Of a DNA stretch of 64,000 bases, positions 55,350 through 64,000 are shown piece by piece (the stretch's first letter is position 1; each line of letters starts with the position of its first letter). Made by a program: the position numbers and the translations under genes. The stretch comes from Naegleria gruberi (lineage: Eukaryota). The DNA is taken from assembly GCA_000004985.1 (NCBI GenBank), contig GG738846.1; one strand, given 5' to 3'. The notes under the pieces are model-generated. The model saw nothing but the letters and a program-made list of their open reading frames with translations. It made no database searches and was not told the DNA's origin.

Positions 55350-56573
55350 TCAATGATCGTTGGATTCTGAGCTATCCGAATCAACCTCAGCTGAGGTTGG
55401 CATGGTTGGCTCAGTAACTTGTGGAAGGAGAACAGTGGTAGTAGTAGTGGTGGTAGCATACAAGCCAGGAAAACCTGGTACTGGAGTTGGATTGAAAATT
55501 GGAGGAGGAATGAGAACATGGTTTTGAGTATCAGCATTTGATTCTTCGTTTGGAAGAGGGATTGGCTGTTGCTGAGCTAGATGAATTTCCTCTTGAACTG
55601 GAGGTCTATTAAGTCTAACATAGGTCACAGCATCAGAATCGGCATGTAATTCTACTTGTTGAGATTTAATAGGAATTTGCTTTTCTACAATTCCCTCTGG
55701 TCTCATATTCATTTCATCTTGTTTTGGTGGATCAATGGTGTTCAATACTCGATTGTCTCGTTCTTGGCGAACATGAACATGATTGGCAATTGGCGTCCGT
55801 TGTTGATGGTGTCTATTGAGTTCAATGAGAGTTTTGGCTTCCATTTCCATTTGCTCAGAGACTATTCTTGCCCTGTCTCTCATTCTCTTAACCATTCCCC
55901 AAAAACATGCTGAAGCCATTACTAGAAGAATTAGCAATCCACAAATGATTAGAATTGGGAAAATGACCGATTCAAAATCTCCATAATCTACATAATCTAA
56001 AACTTCATAATGGAATATTATTCGACTCTCCATTCCAGGAGGTAATTGACTTTCCACAACTATAAAAAAGAGGGGCCTAGGATAGTAAGGTGAATAAGTG
56101 TATATTACACTCGTTTCATATTCTCCTTCATAATTAATGTTTGCAACTAGAGGGAACCTCCTCACATCATCTTCCGAAACTGATGGATCACTGCTCAATA
56201 CCACTCTAAAGTTCTCTTTTGTTAGGTTGGAAGGGAAAGGAATGGTGACTCCAAACCTCAGTTCTCTATCACTTGTTGCAGTTCCATTGATTTGAACAAT
56301 ATACAGTTTCTGCCCTGTCCCTCGCACAATAACAGGGTTTCCATTAATTATGCCTTCAGGTACCAATTTAATATTTCTAGATGATGGTTGTTGTAGATTT
56401 CTAAAATCTAGTGAGAATGAATAAGCATTTTGAGGAAGTATGTACAATAATATTATTATAAAGGTAATGAAAATTAGAAAGTTATTATATCGTGATGTTT
56501 CATCTTTCCGCCTCATCAGATTAATATTGAATGGCGGTGATGATGAGGGAGATGAATTTAATTGAGGCGACAT
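55350..56573 (-). CDS. Type I membrane protein, unknown family (407 aa)
   Basis: ATG at 56573. The N-terminal hydrophobic segment is FLIFITFIIILLYILP. There is an ectodomain with N-glycosylation sequons, one TM (VIFPILIICGLLILLVMASACFWGMV) and a Pro/Gln-rich cytoplasmic tail. Confidence 0.5.
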   Translation of the reverse strand: MSPQLNSSPSSSPPFNINLMRRKDETSRYNNFLIFITFIIILLYILPQNAYSFSLDFRNLQQPSSRNIKLVPEGIINGNPVIVRGTGQKLYIVQINGTATSDRELRFGVTIPFPSNLTKENFRVVLSSDPSVSEDDVRRFPLVANINYEGEYETSVIYTYSPYYPRPLFFIVVESQLPPGMESRIIFHYEVLDYVDYGDFESVIFPILIICGLLILLVMASACFWGMVKRMRDRARIVSEQMEMEAKTLIELNRHHQQRTPIANHVHVRQERDNRVLNTIDPPKQDEMNMRPEGIVEKQIPIKSQQVELHADSDAVTYVRLNRPPVQEEIHLAQQQPIPLPNEESNADTQNHVLIPPPIFNPTPVPGFPGLYATTTTTTTVLLPQVTEPTMPTSAEVDSDSSESNDH

Positions 56574-57095
56574 CCTAATGTGTCTGTTTCTATTTTACTA
56601 CTACCACCACTAATTAGAAATGAAGAATAATGCCAGAGAATTTAATTCTCTCTCTCGCTACCAAATGTCTCGCACAAATCAATTCTCTAAGAAATGTGAG
56701 GGCAGACCTTATTGTTACTTGTCGTCGACGATGTTTTTTTTGAATAGTTTTTTTAACCAACATTACCGTGTTGTTTTTTAAACCTTTCCAAGGCACACTT
56801 TATATTGAGAAGAGCGAACTTGTTCATCTCCATCATTAAATCATCATCTGGAAGTAGCTTTATTGCCAATTGAATGGTTAAGGATTTTGATTCTAATTGA
56901 AATTCCTCTGAAACCTCTTTGGAACCTTAGCCCAACAAAAATGCAAAACTTGCCGAGAAAGATTGAACTCTCCAGAGAGTGGTCTTGGCTTTTCTCATCC
57001 TCAATTTTAGTGAATAACAAACTCAACATTAATTCTGTTTTATCAGCATCATTCAATCAATCAAGAAGAATCCTTGTTGGTATTAAGGAATTGAT

Positions 57096-58079
57096 TTATT
57101 TGTTGGCAAAAATAGGTCTCTTAATGCAGCAATGACGGCGACCTTTCCTATTCATAATAATGATGAAAAAGATTATTATAGAAATGGAAACTGTGAAAAT
57201 GATACCTAACGAAATGGTAGAGGTTACAACGGCAGCAATTATAATACCACTGGTGGTTGACATTGAACCAGAATCAACTGGTGTAGGGGTTGGGTTGTCT
57301 GTAATTTCACGATTGAGATTCAAGTCAATTACTGTAAATCTTGTGAGATGATTGGTTTTACAAGTGATTGTAAATGTTTGTGAAGAGGAGGAAATTAGAG
57401 TTTGAAGACCATCGAATTGCCACGTTTGTTTTTGCTCATTGTAATAGGCACATGAATAATTAGAGTTTGTTTCCACCATAGAGATATTCTCAAACACTAT
57501 TCGAATGGGTGTTTCTAATCCAATTACTGAAATCTGACTTGTATCCAACTTCTCAAATGAAAATGTCAAAATTCCACTCACAAATTTTGAATTTTCCTGG
57601 AATGAACTCTTCATCATAACACTATCATTTCCAAAGAAACCTTTCTTCTCCAAGTACTTTTCCAGATTATTTGGTAAAACAACAGAGCCCTTATTCTTTA
57701 CATTAATTTTCTTTGAATTCAGTTCTGAAACAAGGGACTTACTGAGAGCAATATCAGTGTCATTCTGAATGGAACAATCTGAACCAATCCATCCCATCCC
57801 ACATTGACAAGTATTTGGTTTGATACAAATTCCGTTTGCTGAACAAGAGTTTGGATTTTTGTTTGAATATCCAAAACATGAATAAGTTTTGCACTGTAAA
57901 TCTGAATAACCAGATAGACAAATACATGAGTTTGCTGAGGAACAAATTCCATTTCCATTACAAACATTCGGATTAGATGAATCCAAGCCGTAACATTGGA
58001 AAGTTTCTTGTTGAACAGCTGTTTCAAGCATTGTGATCCACAACAAGAGAAGAGTTGCACCGATCATTGAAAGTTTCAT
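57096..58079 (-). CDS. EGF-repeat / GPS-motif single-pass membrane protein (adhesion-receptor-like ectodomain)
   Basis: ATG at 58079. The signal peptide is MKLSMIGATLLLLWITMLETAVQ. Two tenascin-type EGF modules are CNGNGICSSANSCICLSGYSDLQC and CSANGICIKPNTCQCGMGWIGSDC. A GPS-like TCKTNHLTRFTVIDL lies just before the TM IIIAAVVTSTISLGIIFTVSISIIIFFIII. Confidence 0.6.
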   Translation of the reverse strand: MKLSMIGATLLLLWITMLETAVQQETFQCYGLDSSNPNVCNGNGICSSANSCICLSGYSDLQCKTYSCFGYSNKNPNSCSANGICIKPNTCQCGMGWIGSDCSIQNDTDIALSKSLVSELNSKKINVKNKGSVVLPNNLEKYLEKKGFFGNDSVMMKSSFQENSKFVSGILTFSFEKLDTSQISVIGLETPIRIVFENISMVETNSNYSCAYYNEQKQTWQFDGLQTLISSSSQTFTITCKTNHLTRFTVIDLNLNREITDNPTPTPVDSGSMSTTSGIIIAAVVTSTISLGIIFTVSISIIIFFIIIMNRKGRRHCCIKRPIFANK

Positions 58080-58758
58080 TTTGAATTGTTTTTTTTTAAT
58101 GTAACTTGAATTGGATTGAGATTTTGAGCTAGAGATGAAGAGAAGATAAAGGTTTCTTATAAATGTTCCTTCCTTTTATGGATCTTTTGACACAAAAACA
58201 ATCAAGTGTTCACTGAAAAAGTATTTAGTATGAATTTCTTGTTTACAATTTACTTTTGAATGAGTTATATTGATATTATAAAGTGGATTTATTGGTTTGA
58301 ATAAGGTTAATAGCTTTTTAAGTATGTTCTAAATAGTAATAATTATTATTGAAAGGTGCTTTCTGAGCTTTTAATTGCTTGATAATAAATAATTAAATAA
58401 TTCATTGAACTGTTTTAATTTTCAATCTTACTACATGAAAAGATCCTTTCTTTCATTAAATCATGCAAATATCAAACATAGAAGATTTTTTTGAACCTCC
58501 GTGTAGCTAAATGAGAGAAATCAAAATGCATTTTGCATGATTCACGTGAATGTATGTATTTTAATCATCAGAATTTATTGCATAGAGTTTTGTGATTTAT
58601 AGCTAACAGAACAAGTTATTCAATAACCCAAAATATCAACTTCCAGGAACTTTTCCTTCCATACCCAATAACAATAAAACAAGTAAGAGAAGTAAATAAT
58701 TCATCATCCTGCATTTCATGTGGTGGTATCATCATCACCATAAAAAACAATACAAAAA

Positions 58759-59613
58759 ATGCCACAACTTCACTCTGCTAACTTTCCTGTTACCGAAGAC
58801 GGACGTACTTACCATCTTGACTTGGCAAAAGGTATGATTGCCAATCGTATCATCACCGTTGGTGATATTGCTCGTGCTGAAAAATATGCAGGATTTTTGG
58901 ATAAGGATTCCATTACTCTTCGTCATCAATCTGCTAGAGGATTTTATACAATTACTGGTAAATATAAAGGAAAGGACGTTTCAATTGTTGGTATTGGTAT
59001 GGGTTTTCCAATGATGGATTTCTTGGTTAGAGAAGCATTATATTGTTTTGAAAGTGGATCAACAGTTGCCATGTTGAGACTTGGTACATGTGGTACTCCA
59101 GATATCAGTGTTCAAACTGGTGATTATGTTATTACTGAAGACTCTATTTCCGTTATTCGTAATCCAGATTATTTTACTTTGAAAGAAGAAAACCAAAGTA
59201 CTGAAGGTGTTAAACCATACTTGCTCTCTTTGCCAGTTAAATCTAACAAGGACTTCCAAGATGCTTTGGATAATGCATTCACACAATTAGATCTTCCACA
59301 TCATCGTGGTAGAAATGCAATGGGTGATTCATTCTACAGTTCACAAGGTAGACACGACGATAAATTTGATGATGAAAATGATCATATTGAAGGTAAATTA
59401 CAAGAACTTGGAGTCAAGTCAATTGAAATGGAATCATTCCAATTGTTGGATTTGGCTAGATGTACAAAAACTGTCAAAGTTAAAGCCTGTGCTGCAACAC
59501 TTGTATTGGCTCAACGTGTTACAAATGTATTTATTGATGTAAATTTGAAAAATACTAGAGAAGAAATGATGGGCAGAGCTGGCCTTGAAGCTATTATTAA
59601 TGTCGAATTGTAA
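58759..59613 (+). CDS. Uridine phosphorylase (PNP/UDP family 1)
   Basis: ATG at 58759. The family motifs are TYHLDL, GDIARAEK, VSIVGIGMGFPMMDF, LRLGTCG and SIEMES. Confidence 0.75.
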   Translation: MPQLHSANFPVTEDGRTYHLDLAKGMIANRIITVGDIARAEKYAGFLDKDSITLRHQSARGFYTITGKYKGKDVSIVGIGMGFPMMDFLVREALYCFESGSTVAMLRLGTCGTPDISVQTGDYVITEDSISVIRNPDYFTLKEENQSTEGVKPYLLSLPVKSNKDFQDALDNAFTQLDLPHHRGRNAMGDSFYSSQGRHDDKFDDENDHIEGKLQELGVKSIEMESFQLLDLARCTKTVKVKACAATLVLAQRVTNVFIDVNLKNTREEMMGRAGLEAIINVEL

Positions 59614-59776
59614 ATTCTTTTTGTTCCAATGTAAAATAAATGTTAATAACAGAAGGATATTATTTCATTTTGTGTGAAGGTTTTTTAGATATTATTTATC
59701 TTTAATGTTAAATAATAATAATTGATTAACAAATTAATGGCTAGATAATTGAAAAATATATTTATAATTGTACAAT

Positions 59777-60460
59777 TCATCGGAATGCATACTTTTTCTT
59801 CTTATTTTCTTTTTCTCGGTTTCTTCTATAGGCCTCTCGTAAATGTCTTGGTTCTATTGGATCAGAGGGATCATCTCCCCATTCCTTCTGTATCGTCTTG
59901 GATAATTCTACTAATTCGCCAACATAGACCTTGGCAATACCTGCAATTGTAATTTCCACATTCTTATTGGTTGACGGAGTTGATGTTGAATTATTGATTA
60001 ATCTCTTCATTACTGGTTTAAATGTACTTCTAGTGAAATTTTCATATCGATCATATTGTGGATGGTCAGGTCGTGATAATTTACTAATAATTTTCTCCCT
60101 CTTTTCTGCCTCTCTCTTTTCCCTAATTTTACGTTGTTTCTTCTTGATTTTTACACTCGAGGAGTGAGGATTCATATGGTACATGTCGTCATTTTGATCA
60201 ATATCTTGTATTGGTTTTATAATTGCTCCAGCAATTTCGTCATCATCATCGGTATCACTTGCTGTATCACTTCCCGATTCGGGTTCATAATCATTCTCAT
60301 CATCTTCATATTGTCCATTTCCACTATATCCGATATTTGTATAATCATCATCCAATTGATCGTTATTTATAGATGAAGAACCACCTTGATAATACAAAGA
60401 AGAAGAAGATGCAGTTGTTCCCAAATCATGAGCAGAAAACGATGATGGAAGGGAAAACAT
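59777..60460 (-). CDS. TAF11: TFIID subunit TAF11 (histone-fold)
   Basis: ATG at 60460. The C-terminal histone-fold FTRSTFKPVMKRLI ... VEITIAGIAKVYVGELVELSKTIQKEWGD ... PIEPRHLREAYRR matches the TAF11/TAFII28 signature. The N-terminus is acidic. Confidence 0.7.
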   Translation of the reverse strand: MFSLPSSFSAHDLGTTASSSSLYYQGGSSSINNDQLDDDYTNIGYSGNGQYEDDENDYEPESGSDTASDTDDDDEIAGAIIKPIQDIDQNDDMYHMNPHSSSVKIKKKQRKIREKREAEKREKIISKLSRPDHPQYDRYENFTRSTFKPVMKRLINNSTSTPSTNKNVEITIAGIAKVYVGELVELSKTIQKEWGDDPSDPIEPRHLREAYRRNREKENKKKKYAFR

Positions 60461-60898
60461 TTTGTATTTTTTTTCTATTTTTAATTCATTTTAAAATTTT
60501 TGGATTATTTTGAATAATATAAAATATTTAATAATTTTGAATAACTAATTCAGATGGGTTTGTAATATTGATAATGAAGGTCCAAAGGTTGTGATGCGTG
60601 CAAATTGATAACAAATTGTTTTACCAAGCAAATATATCCATCCCTCCAAAAAAAACTCAAAATAAGGCGCTAAAAAGTTCATGCACATCAATAGCACCCA
60701 AGGTACATCAGAAAAAAATTACCTCAACTCGAGCTTACATCATCAAACAATATCCTTTTAAAACAAAAATTATCGTAATCATATGATATTAACCATTATT
60801 CAATAATCTATCTATTCTTTTCCTCCAATTCAAATAATACAACAAACCTTTTCCCGCCACCTCAATCACACACAACCGTTTTCTGCTTAATTTAAAAA

Positions 60899-61663
60899 AT
60901 GTCTCATCGCCAGCTTACATTGGATTTGGATAGTTTGGTCGAGGAGATTGAGGATTTACTCACCGATAGACCAAGTTCCCAAGGAGCAATACACAAATCA
61001 CCCAACCAAAAAAATAAGGATTTGGCTGCATCATCTCGATCGTCATCAGTGCCAAGGAGTGGATCAGCAAGAAATAAGAATAATGTTTTTGCAAATACTA
61101 CTGCATTTGCTAATCATAACAATAGCACACCTTCTCCGGCCAGTAAGAAGAGTGCAATGTTTAAAAAACAATTCTCTCATAATGATTTGGAACTTGATGA
61201 TTTCATGAATGAGTTGATAGAGGACTCACCCACTTCTCCCATAATCAAGAGGAAAAATTCAATACCCAAAAACGCATCAGTTGGAGCATTTACAACCTCT
61301 TCTCCTGTTAGCAGTCTAACATCACCAAGAGTGAGTAAAAAGTGTTCAACCACCTATCTCTCCAATAGACATGACTCTTTCGGCATTAATACATTTCTTA
61401 CACCAAAGAGATGTAGTGATCTTCGATGCATGAAATGCGACTTTAAGGTTATTAATTTTGATGGAAAAAAGTGGAAGGAAGATGTCAATTATCTCTTTTT
61501 CAGAAACAATTATCCAGAAACTGTAAAGAAAGGTTTTGAGGAAAAAGAATTCCCTGATCACACTTCCTATTGTTGCCAATGTAGTTGGATCACTGTTTCT
61601 GATAGAACAAGCGCTAAAAATCTAACCTCTTTGAACTGGTATTGTGGTGGACATAAGAATTAG
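60899..61663 (+). CDS. Cys-rich C-terminal domain protein, possibly CFAP418/C8orf37-like (ciliary)
   Basis: ATG at 60899. The N-terminal half is a Ser-rich disordered region. The C-terminus RCMKCDFKVINFDGKKW ... NYLFFRNNYPE ... YCCQCSW ... WYCGGH resembles the conserved C-terminal domain of C8orf37 homologues. I am working from memory here and have no alignment. Confidence 0.4.
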   Translation: MSHRQLTLDLDSLVEEIEDLLTDRPSSQGAIHKSPNQKNKDLAASSRSSSVPRSGSARNKNNVFANTTAFANHNNSTPSPASKKSAMFKKQFSHNDLELDDFMNELIEDSPTSPIIKRKNSIPKNASVGAFTTSSPVSSLTSPRVSKKCSTTYLSNRHDSFGINTFLTPKRCSDLRCMKCDFKVINFDGKKWKEDVNYLFFRNNYPETVKKGFEEKEFPDHTSYCCQCSWITVSDRTSAKNLTSLNWYCGGHKN

Positions 61664-62058
61664 GAAGTGAATCTTCAAGAGGAATGATTTATTCCTCAAA
61701 TGGTGTTGCAGCAATAATAGATGGATGTCTTTCTAGGCACTCCTGAAAAAAAAAGAAATCAAATAGAGCTTTTGTTTCAATACACATTTTGTAAACGAGA
61801 ATATGAATATTATTAAATAAATTTATGAATCTTTCACAGGTTTATTTTTAACTGTTTAATATATATACAACAAGCAAATTTGGAAAATTTAATGTCTAAT
61901 TTGGATCATTCAAAACATTGATCGTTATGAACATTTTGTTAACCGTTTCAAAAAACACAGAACAACATCATCTCTCTTGTACCTAATTCCTTCAAGGAGT
62001 AACACCATTCACAGAAGAATCAACTTAGCTAGGCAATCAACATTGTAAGGGAATAGAG

Positions 62059-62526
62059 ATGAACCTTAATCGACCTCGTTCATCCACCCTCAATAGATTT
62101 GCAAATGTTAGATCTTACTCAAGTCTATCAAACTATCAACAATCACAAGAACAACAGCAACAACTCGATAATGAAGTTGCAAACATTAACTTCTCCTCCA
62201 GTTATTCCAACTTTCAACAGCAACACGATCGAGTGAGCAATTTATTTTCATCACACCCGATGAATATTAATGCGCATCGATCTAGTTCTAGTAACGGTCA
62301 TCATCATCAAAATAGTAATAATAATAATAATAATTATTACACCAATAGCAATAATGGAATATCATCACCTCATAATCAAACCCTTCCCATCTCTTCACTC
62401 TCCTCAGCCAATCAATATAATAATTATTCGTCCAACCTTAATAATAATCCAAGACCCATGACTGCATCCTCCTTTGGAAATTATTCTACCAACCACAATC
62501 TGTACAGCAGTAACAACAATAAATAA
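62059..62526 (+). CDS. Asn/Ser/Gln-rich low-complexity protein, 5' part (frame 1)
   Basis: ATG at 62059. Prion-like N/Q/S composition. Confidence 0.4.
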   Translation: MNLNRPRSSTLNRFANVRSYSSLSNYQQSQEQQQQLDNEVANINFSSSYSNFQQQHDRVSNLFSSHPMNINAHRSSSSNGHHHQNSNNNNNNYYTNSNNGISSPHNQTLPISSLSSANQYNNYSSNLNNNPRPMTASSFGNYSTNHNLYSSNNNK

Positions 62527-64000
62527 TAATACTAATAACACTCATGGGAGTGCTGTAAATAATGAATCTCGTGATAATGTTCAATATGGACCGAATTTAG
62601 GAAGAAGAAAGAGTATATCCAATATTGGTGGAATAGGAGGCCTTAATATAAGAAGATCACAAACACCTCAACCCTCTTCGACACCCTCAGTGATCTATCA
62701 ACCTGCAACTTTTCAATTGTATCCTCCACAGGTACAACCAACAATGTCCATAACAAACATTCCATCTCATTCAAAGGCAATGGAAATGCTGGTGAAACCA
62801 CTCCCTTTATCCATGGCTACAGTTGTGGAGAATGTTGTGGTTCGTGTGCCAACTGCTAGAAGAAAGAAGGAGAAACCTCCAAAATCATCAGCAAACACTC
62901 CAAAGACTAATGAGAGTGTTTCATCATCGGTTGATCCCCCAATTGTGGGAAATGGCATTCGACAAACCTATCAATCCTCTTCCTTTCCAACCAGTTACAA
63001 TAATACTTCCACTAATTCTTCATCACCACTGCCAACAAACCAAAATTCCACCACTAGACCATCAAGTTCTTCCTATGCAAATAGAAAGACGGTTGACAGA
63101 CCTCTTAAACCCTATTCATCAAGTGGAAATTTACTAATGAATAGACCTAGGTCATCAACACCAACCATGAAAAAGTCAACCTCACTGAATAAGATTCCAC
63201 CAAGAGATCATCTTCATAGGAATTTAACAAAATCACCCTCAACGCCATCTTTGTTTGGAAATTCTTCATCATCAGGAAATTCTAAAAGTTCAAGTAATGG
63301 AAAGAAGAAAACTCCACAGCTAGGAATTGTTGCAAACTCAAACTCTTCATTTCAAAAAGTAGAAAAAGGAATTAACAACAAACAGAAACAGGAAGTCCCA
63401 TCACCCACCAATAAGGTTCCTAAATTACTGAAAAGCATTGCTGATCTCAAAGCTCGGCAGCAGGCAAAGATTGAAATCCTCACTTTGGAAGATTACATGC
63501 TCGATAGTCCTTCAAGAACTCTCAATAAGATCTATGAGGAACTACCACCACCTAAACACAAACTAATGGCCATTCTGATGGATATCAATATACGATATAG
63601 TACTACAGTGACCAGTACAAGTCATCCCAACTATGAATTTTATACCAATGACAGGGAGGTTTATACCACACTCAAAGAAAGGCAGGCCTTCCTTGTGGAG
63701 ACAAGATATGGAAAATCACTGAGTCCAGTAGATGAGTGTGGTATTCAATTTGAAGGTGCCTATTTTGGAAGATATAGTTTCGTGTTTAATATTGATACTA
63801 ATTATTTTGGATATCATTCATGGACACTCATTATGAGAGTTTATTTGGATAGCGAATCAACAACTCTGTGTGTATTTGGAGAAAAGTACTGTTGGTTCAC
63901 TATCGATATTAACAATATCAAGATGAACAATCAGGAATTTCATCGAACAATTGGTGGAATGAAACTCAATGAGTGGAATGAAATTTTCATCTCTCTCAAC
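62462..64000 (+). CDS. Continuation in the +1 frame of the 62059 locus, open to the window end (3' partial)
   Basis: The frame is uninterrupted from 62462 to 64000 (about 510 codons) and is missing from the ORF track because it has no stop in the window. Its C-terminal part looks globular (...ILTLEDYMLDSPSRTLNKIYEELPPPKHKLMAILMDINIRY ... YGKSLSPVDECGIQFEGAYFGRYSFVFNIDTNYFGYHSWTLIMRVYLDSE). It overlaps frame 1 by 65 nt in an A-rich run, so a 1-nt indel or sequencing error is likely. Confidence 0.45.
   Translation, partial: MHPPLEIILPTTICTAVTTINNNTNNTHGSAVNNESRDNVQYGPNLGRRKSISNIGGIGGLNIRRSQTPQPSSTPSVIYQPATFQLYPPQVQPTMSITNIPSHSKAMEMLVKPLPLSMATVVENVVVRVPTARRKKEKPPKSSANTPKTNESVSSSVDPPIVGNGIRQTYQSSSFPTSYNNTSTNSSSPLPTNQNSTTRPSSSSYANRKTVDRPLKPYSSSGNLLMNRPRSSTPTMKKSTSLNKIPPRDHLHRNLTKSPSTPSLFGNSSSSGNSKSSSNGKKKTPQLGIVANSNSSFQKVEKGINNKQKQEVPSPTNKVPKLLKSIADLKARQQAKIEILTLEDYMLDSPSRTLNKIYEELPPPKHKLMAILMDINIRYSTTVTSTSHPNYEFYTNDREVYTTLKERQAFLVETRYGKSLSPVDECGIQFEGAYFGRYSFVFNIDTNYFGYHSWTLIMRVYLDSESTTLCVFGEKYCWFTIDINNIKMNNQEFHRTIGGMKLNEWNEIFISLN

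Noticed and set aside
62823-63137. ORF 62823-63137 (+) listed in the track
   Set aside because: It lies in the wrong frame, inside the much longer open frame 62462-64000 that continues to the window edge.
1-64000. Prokaryotic reading of the window as an operon or defence island
   Set aside because: GT-AG introns are needed to restore conserved proteins (cytochrome c, cyclase, PLCXD, TopBP1-like). The homologues are eukaryote-specific (TAF11, SF3B2, FANCD2, YIPF). The window is AT-rich with long low-complexity coding tracts. It is eukaryotic nuclear DNA.

Overview
This window is eukaryotic nuclear DNA. It is AT-rich (roughly one-third GC by eye), gene-dense on both strands, and has very short spliceosomal introns (about 39 to 130 nt, one of 263 nt) with GTAAGT, GTATGT, GTACGT, GTTAGT or GTAGGT donors. 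Some intergenic spacers are under 100 bp. Many ORF-track 'M' starts are actually TTG or GTG codons, so I re-checked several starts by hand.

The gene content is: a PLS-type pentatricopeptide-repeat protein with a C-terminal DYW deaminase domain, a bacterial-type FtsY, cytochrome c, a multi-pass PAS/adenylyl-or-guanylyl-cyclase, an RCC1-kinase, a FANCD2-like protein, SF3B2, a TopBP1-like multi-BRCT protein, TAF11, uridine phosphorylase, an Erv1/ALR oxidase, a PI-PLC X-domain protein, a YIPF protein, a SETD3/LSMT-like SET methyltransferase, and several EGF/GPS/Cys-rich surface proteins. Together with the base composition, this points to a heterolobosean amoeboflagellate (Naegleria-like) nuclear genome. 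That is an inference from the content, not a database hit.

I can support about 32 protein-coding loci, 16 of them with hand-built intron models. I also see one decayed TIR DNA transposon of about 1.6 kb, one MITE-like insertion of about 105 bp that is present in only one of two local duplicated segments, a short dispersed repeat family, and a tandem array of about 10 units of 315 bp inside the PPR gene, which carries frame-disrupting indels. I found no rRNA, tRNA, CRISPR array or telomeric repeat.

The most interesting loci are the plant-type PLS-DYW PPR editing-factor-like gene, the bacterial-type FtsY (a candidate for an organellar SRP pathway), the two mobile-element signatures, and the receptor-like PAS-cyclase and RCC1-kinase signalling genes.
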